A DNA stretch of 64,000 nt from an uncultured Dehalococcoidales bacterium (lineage in GTDB: Bacteria > Chloroflexota > Dehalococcoidia > GIF9 > UBA5629): contig CAZSED010000002.1 of NCBI GenBank assembly GCA_964605885.1, positions 14,502 through 78,501 on the forward strand. Direction: 5' to 3'. Shown here piece after piece: positions 9,594 to 18,848 of this stretch. A program made the translations under genes and the position numbers. The notes beneath the pieces are model-generated. The model saw nothing but the letters and a program-made list of their open reading frames with translations. It was not told where the DNA came from and ran no database searches. Position 1 is the stretch's first letter, and each line of letters begins with the position of its first letter.

Positions 9594-10055
9594 ATGATTG
9601 CAGTAGGTGAACGTGCTCCTGATTTCGTGCTGAAGGACCAGGACGGCAAGGACTTCAAGCTCTCCTCTTTCAAGGGCAAGCGGGTGCTGCTTTCATTCAG
9701 GCCACTGGCCTGGACGCCGGTCTGCACCGACCAGATGTCGGGGCTCGAGCAGAATTTCGACCGCTTCAAGGCTTTGAACACGGTCGCTGTCGGCATAGGT
9801 GTCGATTCATCCGCCTCCAACAAGGCCTGGGCCAAATCCCAGAATATCCAGAAGACCAGGTTGCTGGCGGATTTCTGGCCGCACGGAGAAGTCGCCAGCC
9901 TCTATGGCCTTTTCCGCCAGCAGGACGGCTTCTCCGAGCGCGCCAACGTAGTGGTTGACGAGGACCAGGTCATAGTATTCGCCAAGCTCTACCCCATCCA
10001 GGAGCTGCCCGAGCCGGATGAGATAATCAAGTTCCTGCAAGGCCGGGAAAAATAA
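9594..10055 (+). CDS. bcp: Peroxiredoxin (Bcp/AhpC-TSA family thiol peroxidase)
   Basis: PLAWTPVCT peroxidatic-Cys motif; 153 aa; GGAGG RBS. Confidence 0.8.
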   Translation: MIAVGERAPDFVLKDQDGKDFKLSSFKGKRVLLSFRPLAWTPVCTDQMSGLEQNFDRFKALNTVAVGIGVDSSASNKAWAKSQNIQKTRLLADFWPHGEVASLYGLFRQQDGFSERANVVVDEDQVIVFAKLYPIQELPEPDEIIKFLQGREK

Positions 10056-10120
10056 CGTAAAACGGGCGGCTGACCCGGGCTCTGCCGGGGGCTGCCTGAC
10101 CATAAAGCAAAAGGGGGTAC

Positions 10121-10768
10121 ATGGAAATGTCTCAACAGGCAGGAAATATCGATCTCGCTAAATTGTTTCAGTCGGTAACCGGCACGCTGGCCAAGAACAG
10201 GGATAACCTGAATGAAGCCGACACCAACAACCATGACCATGGCGACAACATGGTTGACACATTTGAGGTTATCACCCAGGCTATGAAGGAGAAGAAGGGC
10301 GCCGATCCCGCCGACCAGCTGGCCTACGCCAGCGAGATACTGCGGCAGCGCAAGAGCGGCTCGGCGCAGCTGTACGCCAAGGGGCTTTCACAGGCTGCGC
10401 AGGAGTTCCAGGGGCAGCCGATAAACTCAGGCAACGCCATGACGCTTATCCAGACGCTGCTGGGAGGGGGAGAGGCGCCCGCTCAGCAGCAACAGCAGGG
10501 CGGCCTGGGCAATATCCTGGGCTCGCTTCTGGGCGGCGCACAGCAGGCCCCGGCCCAGCAGTCCGGCGGAGGGCTGGATATGGGCGACATCCTCAACGCC
10601 GGAATGGCCTTCATGAGCACCAAGCAACGCGGCGGAAGCAACCTGGAGGGAATCGTGAACGCCCTTGTATCCGGCAGCGCCATGGGCGGCTCTTACCGCT
10701 CGCAGTCAGGGTCCCTGGTCGCCGGTGCGCTGATGCAGGCCGTGCAAGGCATGCTCAGCAAGAAATAA
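10121..10768 (+). CDS. Hypothetical Gly/Gln-rich protein
   Basis: Low-complexity GGxxQQQ repeats; RBS AAGGGGG. Confidence 0.4.
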   Translation: MEMSQQAGNIDLAKLFQSVTGTLAKNRDNLNEADTNNHDHGDNMVDTFEVITQAMKEKKGADPADQLAYASEILRQRKSGSAQLYAKGLSQAAQEFQGQPINSGNAMTLIQTLLGGGEAPAQQQQQGGLGNILGSLLGGAQQAPAQQSGGGLDMGDILNAGMAFMSTKQRGGSNLEGIVNALVSGSAMGGSYRSQSGSLVAGALMQAVQGMLSKK

Positions 10769-10779
10769 CGCACCCCAGG

Positions 10780-11994
10780 CTATTTAGCAGGATAAGTGCC
10801 TTCGACCCGTATGCACAAATTAAAGGCAAGCGGGTTGGCATAAGAGTCATATAATCTTATCCAGCTGTCAGCCTGGTTCCCATACTCGGAAATAAAGGAC
10901 CGGGTGCTGGCGTCCTTGCTGTTGATTCTCTCATATGCCAGGGCCAGGTAATGATACTGTGGAGATTTGTTCTGCTGGTACATGTTGCTCTCGGTCAATA
11001 TCTCCACGGTAAAATCCCCTTTGACTGTCACGTCCCCGACATCGATGCTTTTCCACACCGCCCCCGGTATATCCGCTGACGGATCGCCTTTAAACATGCT
11101 CCATGGCAATAACTTGTCCCAGACCTTTTTGCCGTTGTCATCGAATATTCTTACTACGAAATGGTACTTATCGTAGTCGTCAGCAATGCCGGTGTCGTTG
11201 GCGGCTGCGGCAATATTAATCTTCTGGATGGTAAAGGGAAGGGCAGTAGGAGAAAAGCTTGTCGCCAGTCCCCAGCCCGGCTGGCTCAGGCGGTCGGTAT
11301 CTTCCATGGTATCGTAATACCAGGTTGTGCCTATCTTGTAGTACAGGTAGGACATGCTGGCGTAGCTCTTTATGATGCAGACCATGCCCTCCCTGTTTGG
11401 CAGGATCAGCAGCGGGCTCTTAACCGGTATGCCCGTGTTGCGGGAAGCGTTGAACGACCTGGTGGCGCTGGCAGCGTAGCCCGCTGAAGCCGTAACTGCC
11501 GACTCGGGCAGCTTGGCATACGTGTGCCAGACGGCGATCTGCTCGGACAGATAGCTATCACTGGAGTCATCCAGATTATCATTTTTCAGCGTTACCGTGA
11601 CCGGCGCACTGGCTGCCTTGCCTGTATCGGGGGTCGTTGTAGCCGGCTGCTGTGTCGGCGTATTGACAGCCTCGGATTCCGGCTTCACTTCTATGGTGAC
11701 AGACTTGCTGCCGCCATTAGGCAGGGTCAGTACGTAAGTCGTGGTTACCCTGGGTACTACAACGGCCCTGCCTGCCGGTATCACATAGCCGATGCCGTTG
11801 TTGATATTGACGCCGTTGGTTCCTGTAGCCTCCCATTCCAGCGTGACAGCCTGCCCGGCCTTAATCGATGTGGGTGAGGCATTAAAGTAATTGATGACGG
11901 CAGGGCTGCCGCATGACAGGGACGTGCCCGAGATCAGGACAAGAGCTGCGAAACAAACAGTATATAATACTGACAACCGTATCCTGTATTTCAT
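10780..11994 (-). CDS. Secreted protein whose N-terminal Ig-like domain is shared with the 1..683 product
   Basis: Signal peptide followed by PAVINYFNASPTSIKAGQAVTLEWEATGTNGVNINNGIGYV..., which aligns residue by residue with the 1..683 product. Confidence 0.55.
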   Translation of the reverse strand: MKYRIRLSVLYTVCFAALVLISGTSLSCGSPAVINYFNASPTSIKAGQAVTLEWEATGTNGVNINNGIGYVIPAGRAVVVPRVTTTYVLTLPNGGSKSVTIEVKPESEAVNTPTQQPATTTPDTGKAASAPVTVTLKNDNLDDSSDSYLSEQIAVWHTYAKLPESAVTASAGYAASATRSFNASRNTGIPVKSPLLILPNREGMVCIIKSYASMSYLYYKIGTTWYYDTMEDTDRLSQPGWGLATSFSPTALPFTIQKINIAAAANDTGIADDYDKYHFVVRIFDDNGKKVWDKLLPWSMFKGDPSADIPGAVWKSIDVGDVTVKGDFTVEILTESNMYQQNKSPQYHYLALAYERINSKDASTRSFISEYGNQADSWIRLYDSYANPLAFNLCIRVEGTYPAK

Positions 11995-12073
11995 CCTCTA
12001 TCACCCGGGGGTTAATTATACCTCATAACCCTGCCAGCTTTGTAAATCCGCAGAGTCAACCGGCTCAAAAACC

Positions 12074-12081
12074 TGTATAAT
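12074..12081 (+). promoter_or_regulatory. Extended -10 promoter element TGTATAAT, with a downstream 5'UTR hairpin CGGTGTgatttttACACCG
   Basis: TGnTATAAT read directly; the inverted repeat lies at about 12088-12106, ahead of the GAGAGGAG RBS of the 12155 gene. Confidence 0.35.
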
Positions 12082-12154
12082 ATGACACGGTGTGATTTTT
12101 ACACCGGAGGCATCTTCTTACTTGCAAAACAACGAAATATAGAGAGGAGTTTTC

Positions 12155-13267
12155 ATGATCAAATCAAGACTGTGTGATATGGTAGAGATCAAGTATCCCA
12201 TAATCCAGGCCGGCATGGGCCCGTTCAGCAACAACAACCTCTGTGTTGCCTCGGCCAACGCTGGCGTCCTGGGACTGCTTTCCACCAGCGGCGTTTTCAA
12301 CAAGAAAACGCAGCCCTGGGTATACAAGGCCTTTGTGGAGACGGCGGAGGCCAACTTCGACGACGATATGGCCACCGTGCTGGAGAAGGTCCTCAAACGG
12401 ACCTACAGGCTGGTTAAGGACAAGGGCGGCATCTTCGGCATCAACGTGATGGTGTCGACCGAGGTCGTCGAGAACTCCCGCGTCATGATCGACACGGCCA
12501 TCAGGGTGCGCGAGGAGAATCCCGACATGAAGAAGCACTTCAAGGTCATCTTCACCTCGGCCGGCGACCCCATGGGATGGAAGGACAAGATAAAGGGGGC
12601 GGGCTTCACCTGGATGCACGTCGTACCCTCGGTCAAGGGCGCAATACGCTGCAAGAAGGCCGGCGTTGACGTGATCGTGGCCTCGGGCCATGAGGGCGGC
12701 TTCCACACTTCATGGGAGCCGGTCCACTCCATGATACTGCTTCCGGCGGTGGTGGAGACGGTGTCCGACAAGGACACGCTGGTCTGCGGTGCGGGCGGGT
12801 TCTGCGACGGCAAGACGCTGGCGGCCGCGCTGGTCATGGGCGCCGACGGCGCCCAGATGGGCACCCGCTTCCTGGCAACGCAGGAGAGCGATTTCCACCA
12901 GATCTGGAAGGAGGGCGTTGTCGAGGCGGGCGACAGGGCGACGCTGGTAGCCCGCGGTTTTGTGGGCCCGGCCCGCTGGCTTAAAACGCCGCGCAGTCAG
13001 GAGCACGCCAAGAACACGCTGCAGAAATCTCCTGGCGTCTTCCTGGGCACCCCCGATGACTACACCACCATCGACATGTCGCTCATCAACTTTGAGATAG
13101 AGTCCATCAAATCCACCTTCGAAGGAAATAAGGAAAAGGCACTCATGGCTGCCGGCGAGGCGGCTCAGCGCATCAAGGACATGCCCAAGGTCGCCGATAT
13201 GGTGCAGGAGATCGTCAAGGAAACCGAAGACATCCTGCGTAACAAGGTGCCCAGGATGCTGGCCTGA
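12155..13267 (+). CDS. Nitronate monooxygenase / NAD(P)H-dependent flavin oxidoreductase family (FabK-like)
   Basis: IIQAGMGPFS FMN-binding signature near the N-terminus; 370 aa. Confidence 0.65.
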   Translation: MIKSRLCDMVEIKYPIIQAGMGPFSNNNLCVASANAGVLGLLSTSGVFNKKTQPWVYKAFVETAEANFDDDMATVLEKVLKRTYRLVKDKGGIFGINVMVSTEVVENSRVMIDTAIRVREENPDMKKHFKVIFTSAGDPMGWKDKIKGAGFTWMHVVPSVKGAIRCKKAGVDVIVASGHEGGFHTSWEPVHSMILLPAVVETVSDKDTLVCGAGGFCDGKTLAAALVMGADGAQMGTRFLATQESDFHQIWKEGVVEAGDRATLVARGFVGPARWLKTPRSQEHAKNTLQKSPGVFLGTPDDYTTIDMSLINFEIESIKSTFEGNKEKALMAAGEAAQRIKDMPKVADMVQEIVKETEDILRNKVPRMLA

Positions 13268-13293
13268 ACGGTCAGCCAAACTGATAAATAAAG

Positions 13294-13327
13294 AAAGCCG
13301 ATGCCTCTTGCATCGGCTTTCTTTGTT
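13294..13327. terminator. Rho-independent-type hairpin with T-tract between convergent genes
   Basis: AAAGCCGATGCctcttGCATCGGCTTT followed by CTTTGTT. Confidence 0.5.
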
Positions 13328-13341
13328 GCAGAGGATTTACC

Positions 13342-13746
13342 TTAAGGGCCCGGAGGGGGCGGTGAGGGCGGTGCGGGGTGCGGCCCGGGCGCTGGCGGGG
13401 TCGGGTGCGGCGAATACCATGTATGAGAATAATAGGTATAGGGATAGCCATAGGTATAAACGTACGGATAGCTCCGGTAGATGACTGTGGGCTCGGAGTA
13501 GGTGGTGTACGTATTCTTTTGCTGCAGCTGGGACTGCGCCTGGGAGAGCGACTGCTGCGCCGAGTTCAGCTGCTGCTGGGTCGAGGAGAGCTGCTGCTGG
13601 GTCGAGCTCAGCTGGTTGCCCAGCGAATTGACCTGGTTCTGCAGGTAGTTAACCTGCTCGGCGCTTGCATAGGACCCGCAGCCCGCGGCCGTCACCGTCA
13701 CTATCAGCACTAAAGCCAGCATGACCATCAGGGATACTTTCTTCAT
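13342..13746 (-). CDS. Lipoprotein with a Q-rich coiled-coil and a Pro-rich C-terminus
   Basis: Start at MKKVSLMV with AGGAGGTGA RBS; AAGC lipobox; repeats STQQQLSSTQQQL; PPAPGPHPAPPSPPPP tail. Confidence 0.55.
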   Translation of the reverse strand: MKKVSLMVMLALVLIVTVTAAGCGSYASAEQVNYLQNQVNSLGNQLSSTQQQLSSTQQQLNSAQQSLSQAQSQLQQKNTYTTYSEPTVIYRSYPYVYTYGYPYTYYSHTWYSPHPTPPAPGPHPAPPSPPPPGP

Positions 13747-13906
13747 TTTTTTCACCTCCTTTTTAAGGTTCTTGTAATCAGTATAGAGACACATTTTGGC
13801 CGCTGCTTGACTGCTCGCTGATAAATGCCTGATATGGGACTGACAGTTCTCTGATGCACAAATCGTGCTATGATTTTTCGCGGGCAGTTAAACTGAGGAG
13901 GCCGCC

Positions 13907-14722
13907 ATGAAGAAGATCACCGACAACGTTTTCGTCGAGACAGGGTTCCGGGGCTGCAACGTGGGCTTCGTGGCCACCACGCAGGGGGTGGTGATGATCG
14001 ATACCCCGCAGCTCCCGCGTGAGGCCGTCAAATGGCGGGATGAGGTGGCAAAATACGGCCGGGTGCGCTACATCATAAACACGGAGCCGCACGGCGACCA
14101 TTACACCGGCAATTACTTCTTCGACGGCACAGTGGTGGCGCACGAAGGCACCAGGGAAATCATCAAGAATTCTTCGCTTGCACAGCTGCGCGATTTCCTT
14201 AAGCAGGACGACCCGCAGAGCCTTGCCCTCATCGACGGATTCAAGTACCGGCCCCCGGACATTACCCTGTCCGAGCGGCTGACCATATACTGCGGGGGCC
14301 ACACCTTCCGGTTGATCAACATGCCCGGCCATACTGCTTACCAGCTGGCCGTCTTCATCCCCGAGGAGCGGGTTATCTTCACCTCGGACAACGTGGTCGG
14401 CAGGGTGCAGGCCTGGCTGCACCAGGCCCTGCCCGACCAGTGGCTGGAGTCGCTCAAGCGGCTGCAGGAGCTCGACGCCGATACGCTGGTCCCCGGCCAC
14501 GGCTCGGTCGTCGGCCCCGACTACCTGCCGGAGATGGCTGACTTCATCCGTGCCTGGGTGGCTGCCGTGCAGGCGGCCGTCGACCAGGGGATGAGCCTGG
14601 AGGAGGCGCAGGAAAAGGTCTCTCTGCTGGACAGGTACCCCGTGGGAGGGGCCTACGAGGCCATGGGCAAAATGATACAGCGCATGAACGTGGCGCGCCT
14701 TTACGAGCTGCTCAAAAAGTAA
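13907..14722 (+). CDS. MBL-fold metallo-hydrolase
   Basis: HGDHYTG (HxHxDH-like) motif and a later PGHG. Confidence 0.65.
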   Translation: MKKITDNVFVETGFRGCNVGFVATTQGVVMIDTPQLPREAVKWRDEVAKYGRVRYIINTEPHGDHYTGNYFFDGTVVAHEGTREIIKNSSLAQLRDFLKQDDPQSLALIDGFKYRPPDITLSERLTIYCGGHTFRLINMPGHTAYQLAVFIPEERVIFTSDNVVGRVQAWLHQALPDQWLESLKRLQELDADTLVPGHGSVVGPDYLPEMADFIRAWVAAVQAAVDQGMSLEEAQEKVSLLDRYPVGGAYEAMGKMIQRMNVARLYELLKK

Positions 14723-14800
14723 AAAACTGGAGAGACGGCTCTCAGGGTCTTGCCAAGCGAGGGGACAAAAGGCATAATCTGATAAAAAAAGGGGGCAGAA

Positions 14801-15166
14801 ATGAGCTGGTATATAGCTGTTTTAAAAAAGTACGCTGTCTTTAGCGGCAGGGCGCGGCGCAAAGAGTTCTGGATGTTCGTTTTATTCAATGTGATTTTTG
14901 CCCTTGTAGCTGCCGTCCTGGACAATATCCTGGGGATCGCCATTAAAAATGTCGGCTACGGTCCTATTTATATTGTTTACGCTCTGGCGGTATTAGTGCC
15001 CGCTCTGGCTGTCGCAGTAAGGCGCCTGCATGATGTGAACTGGAGCGGCTGGTATATCTTGTTGGGGTTGATACCTGTGGTTGGCGCAATCATACTGATA
15101 GTCAAGTACTGTACGGCCGGGACGCCAGGCGACAACAAATACGGGCCAAATCCCAAGTCGGCTTGA
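14801..15166 (+). CDS. DUF805 family inner-membrane protein
   Basis: RARRKEFW...VAVRRLHD signature. Confidence 0.6.
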   Translation: MSWYIAVLKKYAVFSGRARRKEFWMFVLFNVIFALVAAVLDNILGIAIKNVGYGPIYIVYALAVLVPALAVAVRRLHDVNWSGWYILLGLIPVVGAIILIVKYCTAGTPGDNKYGPNPKSA

Positions 15167-15167
15167 T

Positions 15168-15818
15168 TTAACCGGCAGCGTCGCCGCTGCCGCCGGCCTT
15201 GCTCTCAGCCTGCGTCTGCCGGGCTGTTTTAAGCTCCTTGATTGCATGCTCCAATATGATTACAAATATGGCGATTCCCATGCCGTTGGCCACCATCATT
15301 GCCGGTATCGCCGTATAGACAACCTGCAGCGCATCATCGAAAGGACGGGCGATCAAGAGCGCCAGAACGCCGTGAAGCACCTCGACGAAGATGGCTGCCA
15401 GTATGGCGTAACCGATGCTGATGAGCTTTTTCTTGTTTATGAGGTAGATCAGTCCGCCGACCACGCCTGCCAGTATGGTGGCCAGTCCGCATGGTATGGC
15501 GGTGAACCCGCCCATGAAGTAGCGTTGCACGCCGCCTATAAGGCCAGCTCCCAGTCCGACCAGCGGGCCGGCCACAAGGCCGGCCACCAGCGGGCCGAGG
15601 TCCCTGATGCTGCTTATGGCCCCGCCGGGCAGCTCTATGCCCGTGTATGTCCCGAAGATGGAAAATGCGCCGAAGAGCGCCGCCAATAAGAGCAGGTCGT
15701 GCCGGCTGGCCGTCCTCAGCAGCGCCCTGCGGACGGATTCAATGTGGACGATGAGTTCAGCAAAGACATATATAAATACTTCTGTGGTGGCAAAAAGGCC
15801 CAAAATATTATGTATCAC
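15168..15818 (-). CDS. Stand-alone LytS/YhcK-type 5TM receptor (5TMR-LYT) domain membrane protein
   Basis: Five hydrophobic helices with GxxxG-rich packing typical of the LytS sensor domain; no kinase domain follows. Confidence 0.45.
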   Translation of the reverse strand: MIHNILGLFATTEVFIYVFAELIVHIESVRRALLRTASRHDLLLLAALFGAFSIFGTYTGIELPGGAISSIRDLGPLVAGLVAGPLVGLGAGLIGGVQRYFMGGFTAIPCGLATILAGVVGGLIYLINKKKLISIGYAILAAIFVEVLHGVLALLIARPFDDALQVVYTAIPAMMVANGMGIAIFVIILEHAIKELKTARQTQAESKAGGSGDAAG

Positions 15819-15953
15819 TTTGTTTACTTCCTGTATAGTTTGATTCCGGAACGCCGGCCAGCTTCCATTTTACTGTCACTCTTGCCGCCCGTGCAAAAGT
15901 TGGCTGCACGTCATCACGACCCCGATAGAATCGGGGGTGATGTAATCGGAGCG

Positions 15954-16250
15954 GCAATCTCCTTTCCATACGCCATTGCGAGGAGCCCGGAGGGCGACGC
16001 GGCAATCTCCTTTCCATACGCCATTGCGAGGAGCCCGGAGGGCGACGTGGCAATCTCCTTTCTACACGCCATTGCGAGGAGCCCGGAGGGCGACGTGGCA
16101 ATCTCCTTTCCGCACGCCATTGCGAGGAGCCCGGAGGGCGACGTGGCAATCTCCTTTCCACACGCCATTGCGAGGAGCCCGGAGGGCGACGCGGCAATCT
16201 CCTTTCCACACGCCATTGCGAGGAGCCCGGAGGGCGACGTGGCAATCTCC
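15954..16250. repeat. Near-perfect 48-bp tandem repeat of 6 copies plus a partial seventh
   Basis: The unit GCAATCTCCTTTCCAYACGCCATTGCGAGGAGCCCGGAGGGCGACGYG starts at 15954, 16002, 16050, 16098, 16146, 16194 and 16242. The unit carries the GTGGCAATCTCC / CATTGCGAGG core of the dispersed repeat family. Confidence 0.9.
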
Positions 16251-16390
16251 TGATCGAAGGCTACTCTTGTGCCCCAACTCTTTTCGCCTTGGTGAAGCCC
16301 ATGTCCGAGCAGCCCTTTATCTGCGGTAGTGCCATCGCAAGGTAAACAGCCAACCGTTCCTTTCTTATATTGAAACTGTTCCAACCAGAG

Positions 16391-16588
16391 TCAGGCGACA
16401 TAGTAGCCGACAATTACGTAGGCAAAGGTGGCAATGAATCCAACGATACACCAGAGCCAGGCCCACCTGAAATACCTTCGATCTGACTTCCTGCCAAATA
16501 TGAGGCCGTAAACGACTCCTACGGCAAACCCATTGCTGACCAGTGCACCCAGTAATATCAGGATAACCATTCTGACCGTTTCGGACAT
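16391..16588 (-). CDS. Small two-TM membrane protein (65 aa) immediately downstream of the AbrB-like gene
   Basis: GGGGAGAG RBS 5 nt upstream of the ATG; two hydrophobic helices. Confidence 0.5.
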   Translation of the reverse strand: MSETVRMVILILLGALVSNGFAVGVVYGLIFGRKSDRRYFRWAWLWCIVGFIATFAYVIVGYYVA

Positions 16589-16639
16589 CTTGCTCTCCCC
16601 GGGGAACGCTGCGCATTATTTGAGAGCCAGCCTCATAAA

Positions 16640-16885
16640 TCACCTGCGCCCCTTATCGTTAATCGTGGTCTTGATCTCACGGAATAAATCCATGGCGCCG
16701 GACATTGTTTTTTGTATGATGCTCAAGGTGGCTATGCCTATTCCCTGCTCCATGTCTCCAAAGACCAGCAGCTTATCGCCGGTCTTAATGCCGAAATCCC
16801 GCCTGGCATCCGCAGGAATGACAATCTGCCCCCGTTCGCTCACCGTAACCGATCCATAAAATCTCTTGCCTTCAGGTGCTTCCAT
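16640..16885 (-). CDS. AbrB/MazE/SpoVT-family swapped-hairpin DNA-binding protein
   Basis: VTVSERGQIVIPADARRDFGIKTGDKLLV matches the SpoVT_AbrB domain. Confidence 0.65.
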   Translation of the reverse strand: MEAPEGKRFYGSVTVSERGQIVIPADARRDFGIKTGDKLLVFGDMEQGIGIATLSIIQKTMSGAMDLFREIKTTINDKGRR

Positions 16886-17193
16886 ATTTTATACCTCTGT
16901 CATGATTTACATGATATATCTTATTTACAAGATTAATCATACCAATTGGGGCGCTGGCTGTCAAGTTGACTGCAAAATCCGGCATGCGCTGCTTGAAGGT
17001 ATTTGCCTGTTCTGCAGCCGTGCTGTTAAACTGACGTACCCTGAACTATCACGGAAGCGCGAAATGGATTTGGGCGGCACGATTCCCATTCTACGTGCAG
17101 AACTGCTGCGCCTTATCCGCATTGACACCCGGAATCCGGTATCGGCATCCGGCCGCCTGTTTTTATATATGGTTTAAGAAGGAGGGCAGAACA

Positions 17194-17712
17194 ATGGCAA
17201 AAGTAAGGCTCTGTTTGACTGTACTTGTCGTGGTTGCAGCGGCAATGATGCTGGGGGCGTGTTCCAAGGCTGCCACCACTCCCACTACTCCAACCACACC
17301 CGCTGCTCCCGCTACCACCACTACACCGACTACGCCCGACACGCGTTCTGCCCCGCCTATCGGCGGCGGCTGCAAGTATGTGGAGGTACCGGGCATCGCC
17401 AGAATTACATCGGTGGAGACGGCTCCCTCCGGGGAGTATAACTGCAAGGATGCCGTCAAGGTCACCTTCGATTTCATTCCCAACGATCCGGCCGCCGCCA
17501 GCAGCTTCCGCTTCCCCAAGTGGCCAGGCACATTCACGGTTGGCGCCGGCATGAACCCTCCCAGGGCCTGGGTGCTGGAGCGGGGCCTGACGGTGGGCAG
17601 CGAGCATGCCTGCATAAGGTCTGAAATTACTGCGGGGCCATGCACCCCGGTAGGGTTCCGCCTGACCGATATCAACATGGAAGGATGGGACAAATACTGC
17701 TGGGAGAAATGA
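17194..17712 (+). CDS. Lipoprotein with a Thr/Pro-rich linker
   Basis: AGGAGG RBS; lipobox LGAC; TTPTTPTTPAAPATTTTPTTP linker. Confidence 0.55.
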   Translation: MAKVRLCLTVLVVVAAAMMLGACSKAATTPTTPTTPAAPATTTTPTTPDTRSAPPIGGGCKYVEVPGIARITSVETAPSGEYNCKDAVKVTFDFIPNDPAAASSFRFPKWPGTFTVGAGMNPPRAWVLERGLTVGSEHACIRSEITAGPCTPVGFRLTDINMEGWDKYCWEK

Positions 17713-17728
17713 GCAAGGAGCGGAATAT

Positions 17729-18214
17729 ATGAGTAATCCGGCTGTAAAATCGACCGGCTGTTGCGAGCCGTTTGATCCTGTGCCCTGGCAGGACAGGGAG
17801 ATCACCTGGCAGGACAAAATTTTCATCAAAGACCATGTTACCAGCTTTTTACACATACCCCTGAACATGGGACAAAAGGTCGTTAAAAACATGGAGCTTA
17901 TTCAAAAGGCCAATGCCGGGGCGCCCTACCAGTTGATGCTGACCGACGAGAAATCCATGTGGGGGGCGGACATTTATATAGATGTTTCCAAGGAGGTCCC
18001 CGGCGCACAGATGGTCACGCTTTCCGGCAGTTACCTGACCAAAGTTTTTGAGGGGCCGTATAACCATGCCGGCAAATGGGCGGTGGAAATGGCCGAATAC
18101 GTCAAAAACAAGGGAAAGAGCCTGAAGAAGCTTTATTTCTCTTACACCACCTGCCCGAAGTGCGCTAAAGCCTACGGTAAAAATTACGTGGTGCTTTTTG
18201 CGCAGGTAAATTAA
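17729..18214 (+). CDS. Hypothetical protein
   Basis: 161 aa; no domain recognised by eye. Confidence 0.4.
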   Translation: MSNPAVKSTGCCEPFDPVPWQDREITWQDKIFIKDHVTSFLHIPLNMGQKVVKNMELIQKANAGAPYQLMLTDEKSMWGADIYIDVSKEVPGAQMVTLSGSYLTKVFEGPYNHAGKWAVEMAEYVKNKGKSLKKLYFSYTTCPKCAKAYGKNYVVLFAQVN

Positions 18215-18259
18215 AATTGTCTCCGGCATCAGCTACCCTTATACATACTAATAAAAGAA

Positions 18260-18832
18260 ATGAGCACGCCGGTAATAGCAGCCATCATAGCCATCAATAT
18301 ATGCCTGTTTTATTACATTGTCAGCGAGATCATGCTCACTGCCCGCACCAGGCGGGAAAAAACGGCCGACAGGGGTACGCAGCGGCTGGTCTGGATACTC
18401 CTGGCAATCTGCTTCATCCTGGCGTGGGTCCCAGTGATACTGGACCTCGGCCGCCTGCTCCTGCTGGGTCACTGGCTGACATGGGTTGGTGTGGCCGTGA
18501 TGGTCTGCGGCATCGTCTTCCGCCAGTATTCCATTTCAGTGCTGGGGAAGTACTTTACCGGCCAGGTGCAGATTCAGGTGGGGCATGAGCTGATACGCGC
18601 CGGCCCCTACCGTTACATCCGTCATCCGTCCTATCTTGGAATCCTCGTCATAGCCCTGGGACTGGGTATTGCTCTGTCCAACTGGATCTCCATCCTGTTA
18701 TGCCTGGTGCTGCCTTCCATCGGGATAGTGCGCAGGATAAAGGTGGAGGAGAAGGAGATGGAGAAGCACTTCGGCATGCAGTACCGGGACTATCGCAGGA
18801 GCACCCGGGCCATCATCCCCTATATATATTGA
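18260..18832 (+). CDS. Isoprenylcysteine carboxyl methyltransferase (ICMT/PEMT) family membrane methyltransferase
   Basis: RHPSYLG motif; multiple TM helices. Confidence 0.65.
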   Translation: MSTPVIAAIIAINICLFYYIVSEIMLTARTRREKTADRGTQRLVWILLAICFILAWVPVILDLGRLLLLGHWLTWVGVAVMVCGIVFRQYSISVLGKYFTGQVQIQVGHELIRAGPYRYIRHPSYLGILVIALGLGIALSNWISILLCLVLPSIGIVRRIKVEEKEMEKHFGMQYRDYRRSTRAIIPYIY

Positions 18833-18848
18833 GCAGAACTCGCCGTAA

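Noticed and set aside
12164-13279. Minus-strand ORFs of 180 aa and 189 aa
   Set aside because: They are antisense to the nitronate-monooxygenase-family gene.
15954-16250. Possible CRISPR array
   Set aside because: The units are directly contiguous with no unique spacers, there are no cas genes, and the repeat period is 48 bp with no interspersed variable sequence.
15699-16384. Four overlapping ORFs on both strands (15699..16253+, 15976..16329+, 15808..16245-, 15914..16384-) that encode 16-aa repeat proteins
   Set aside because: All are generated by the 48-bp tandem array being open in every frame. The + ORF also overlaps the convergent 5TMR-LYT gene, and one of the minus ORFs starts at a TTG with no RBS. 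They are treated as repeat artefacts.
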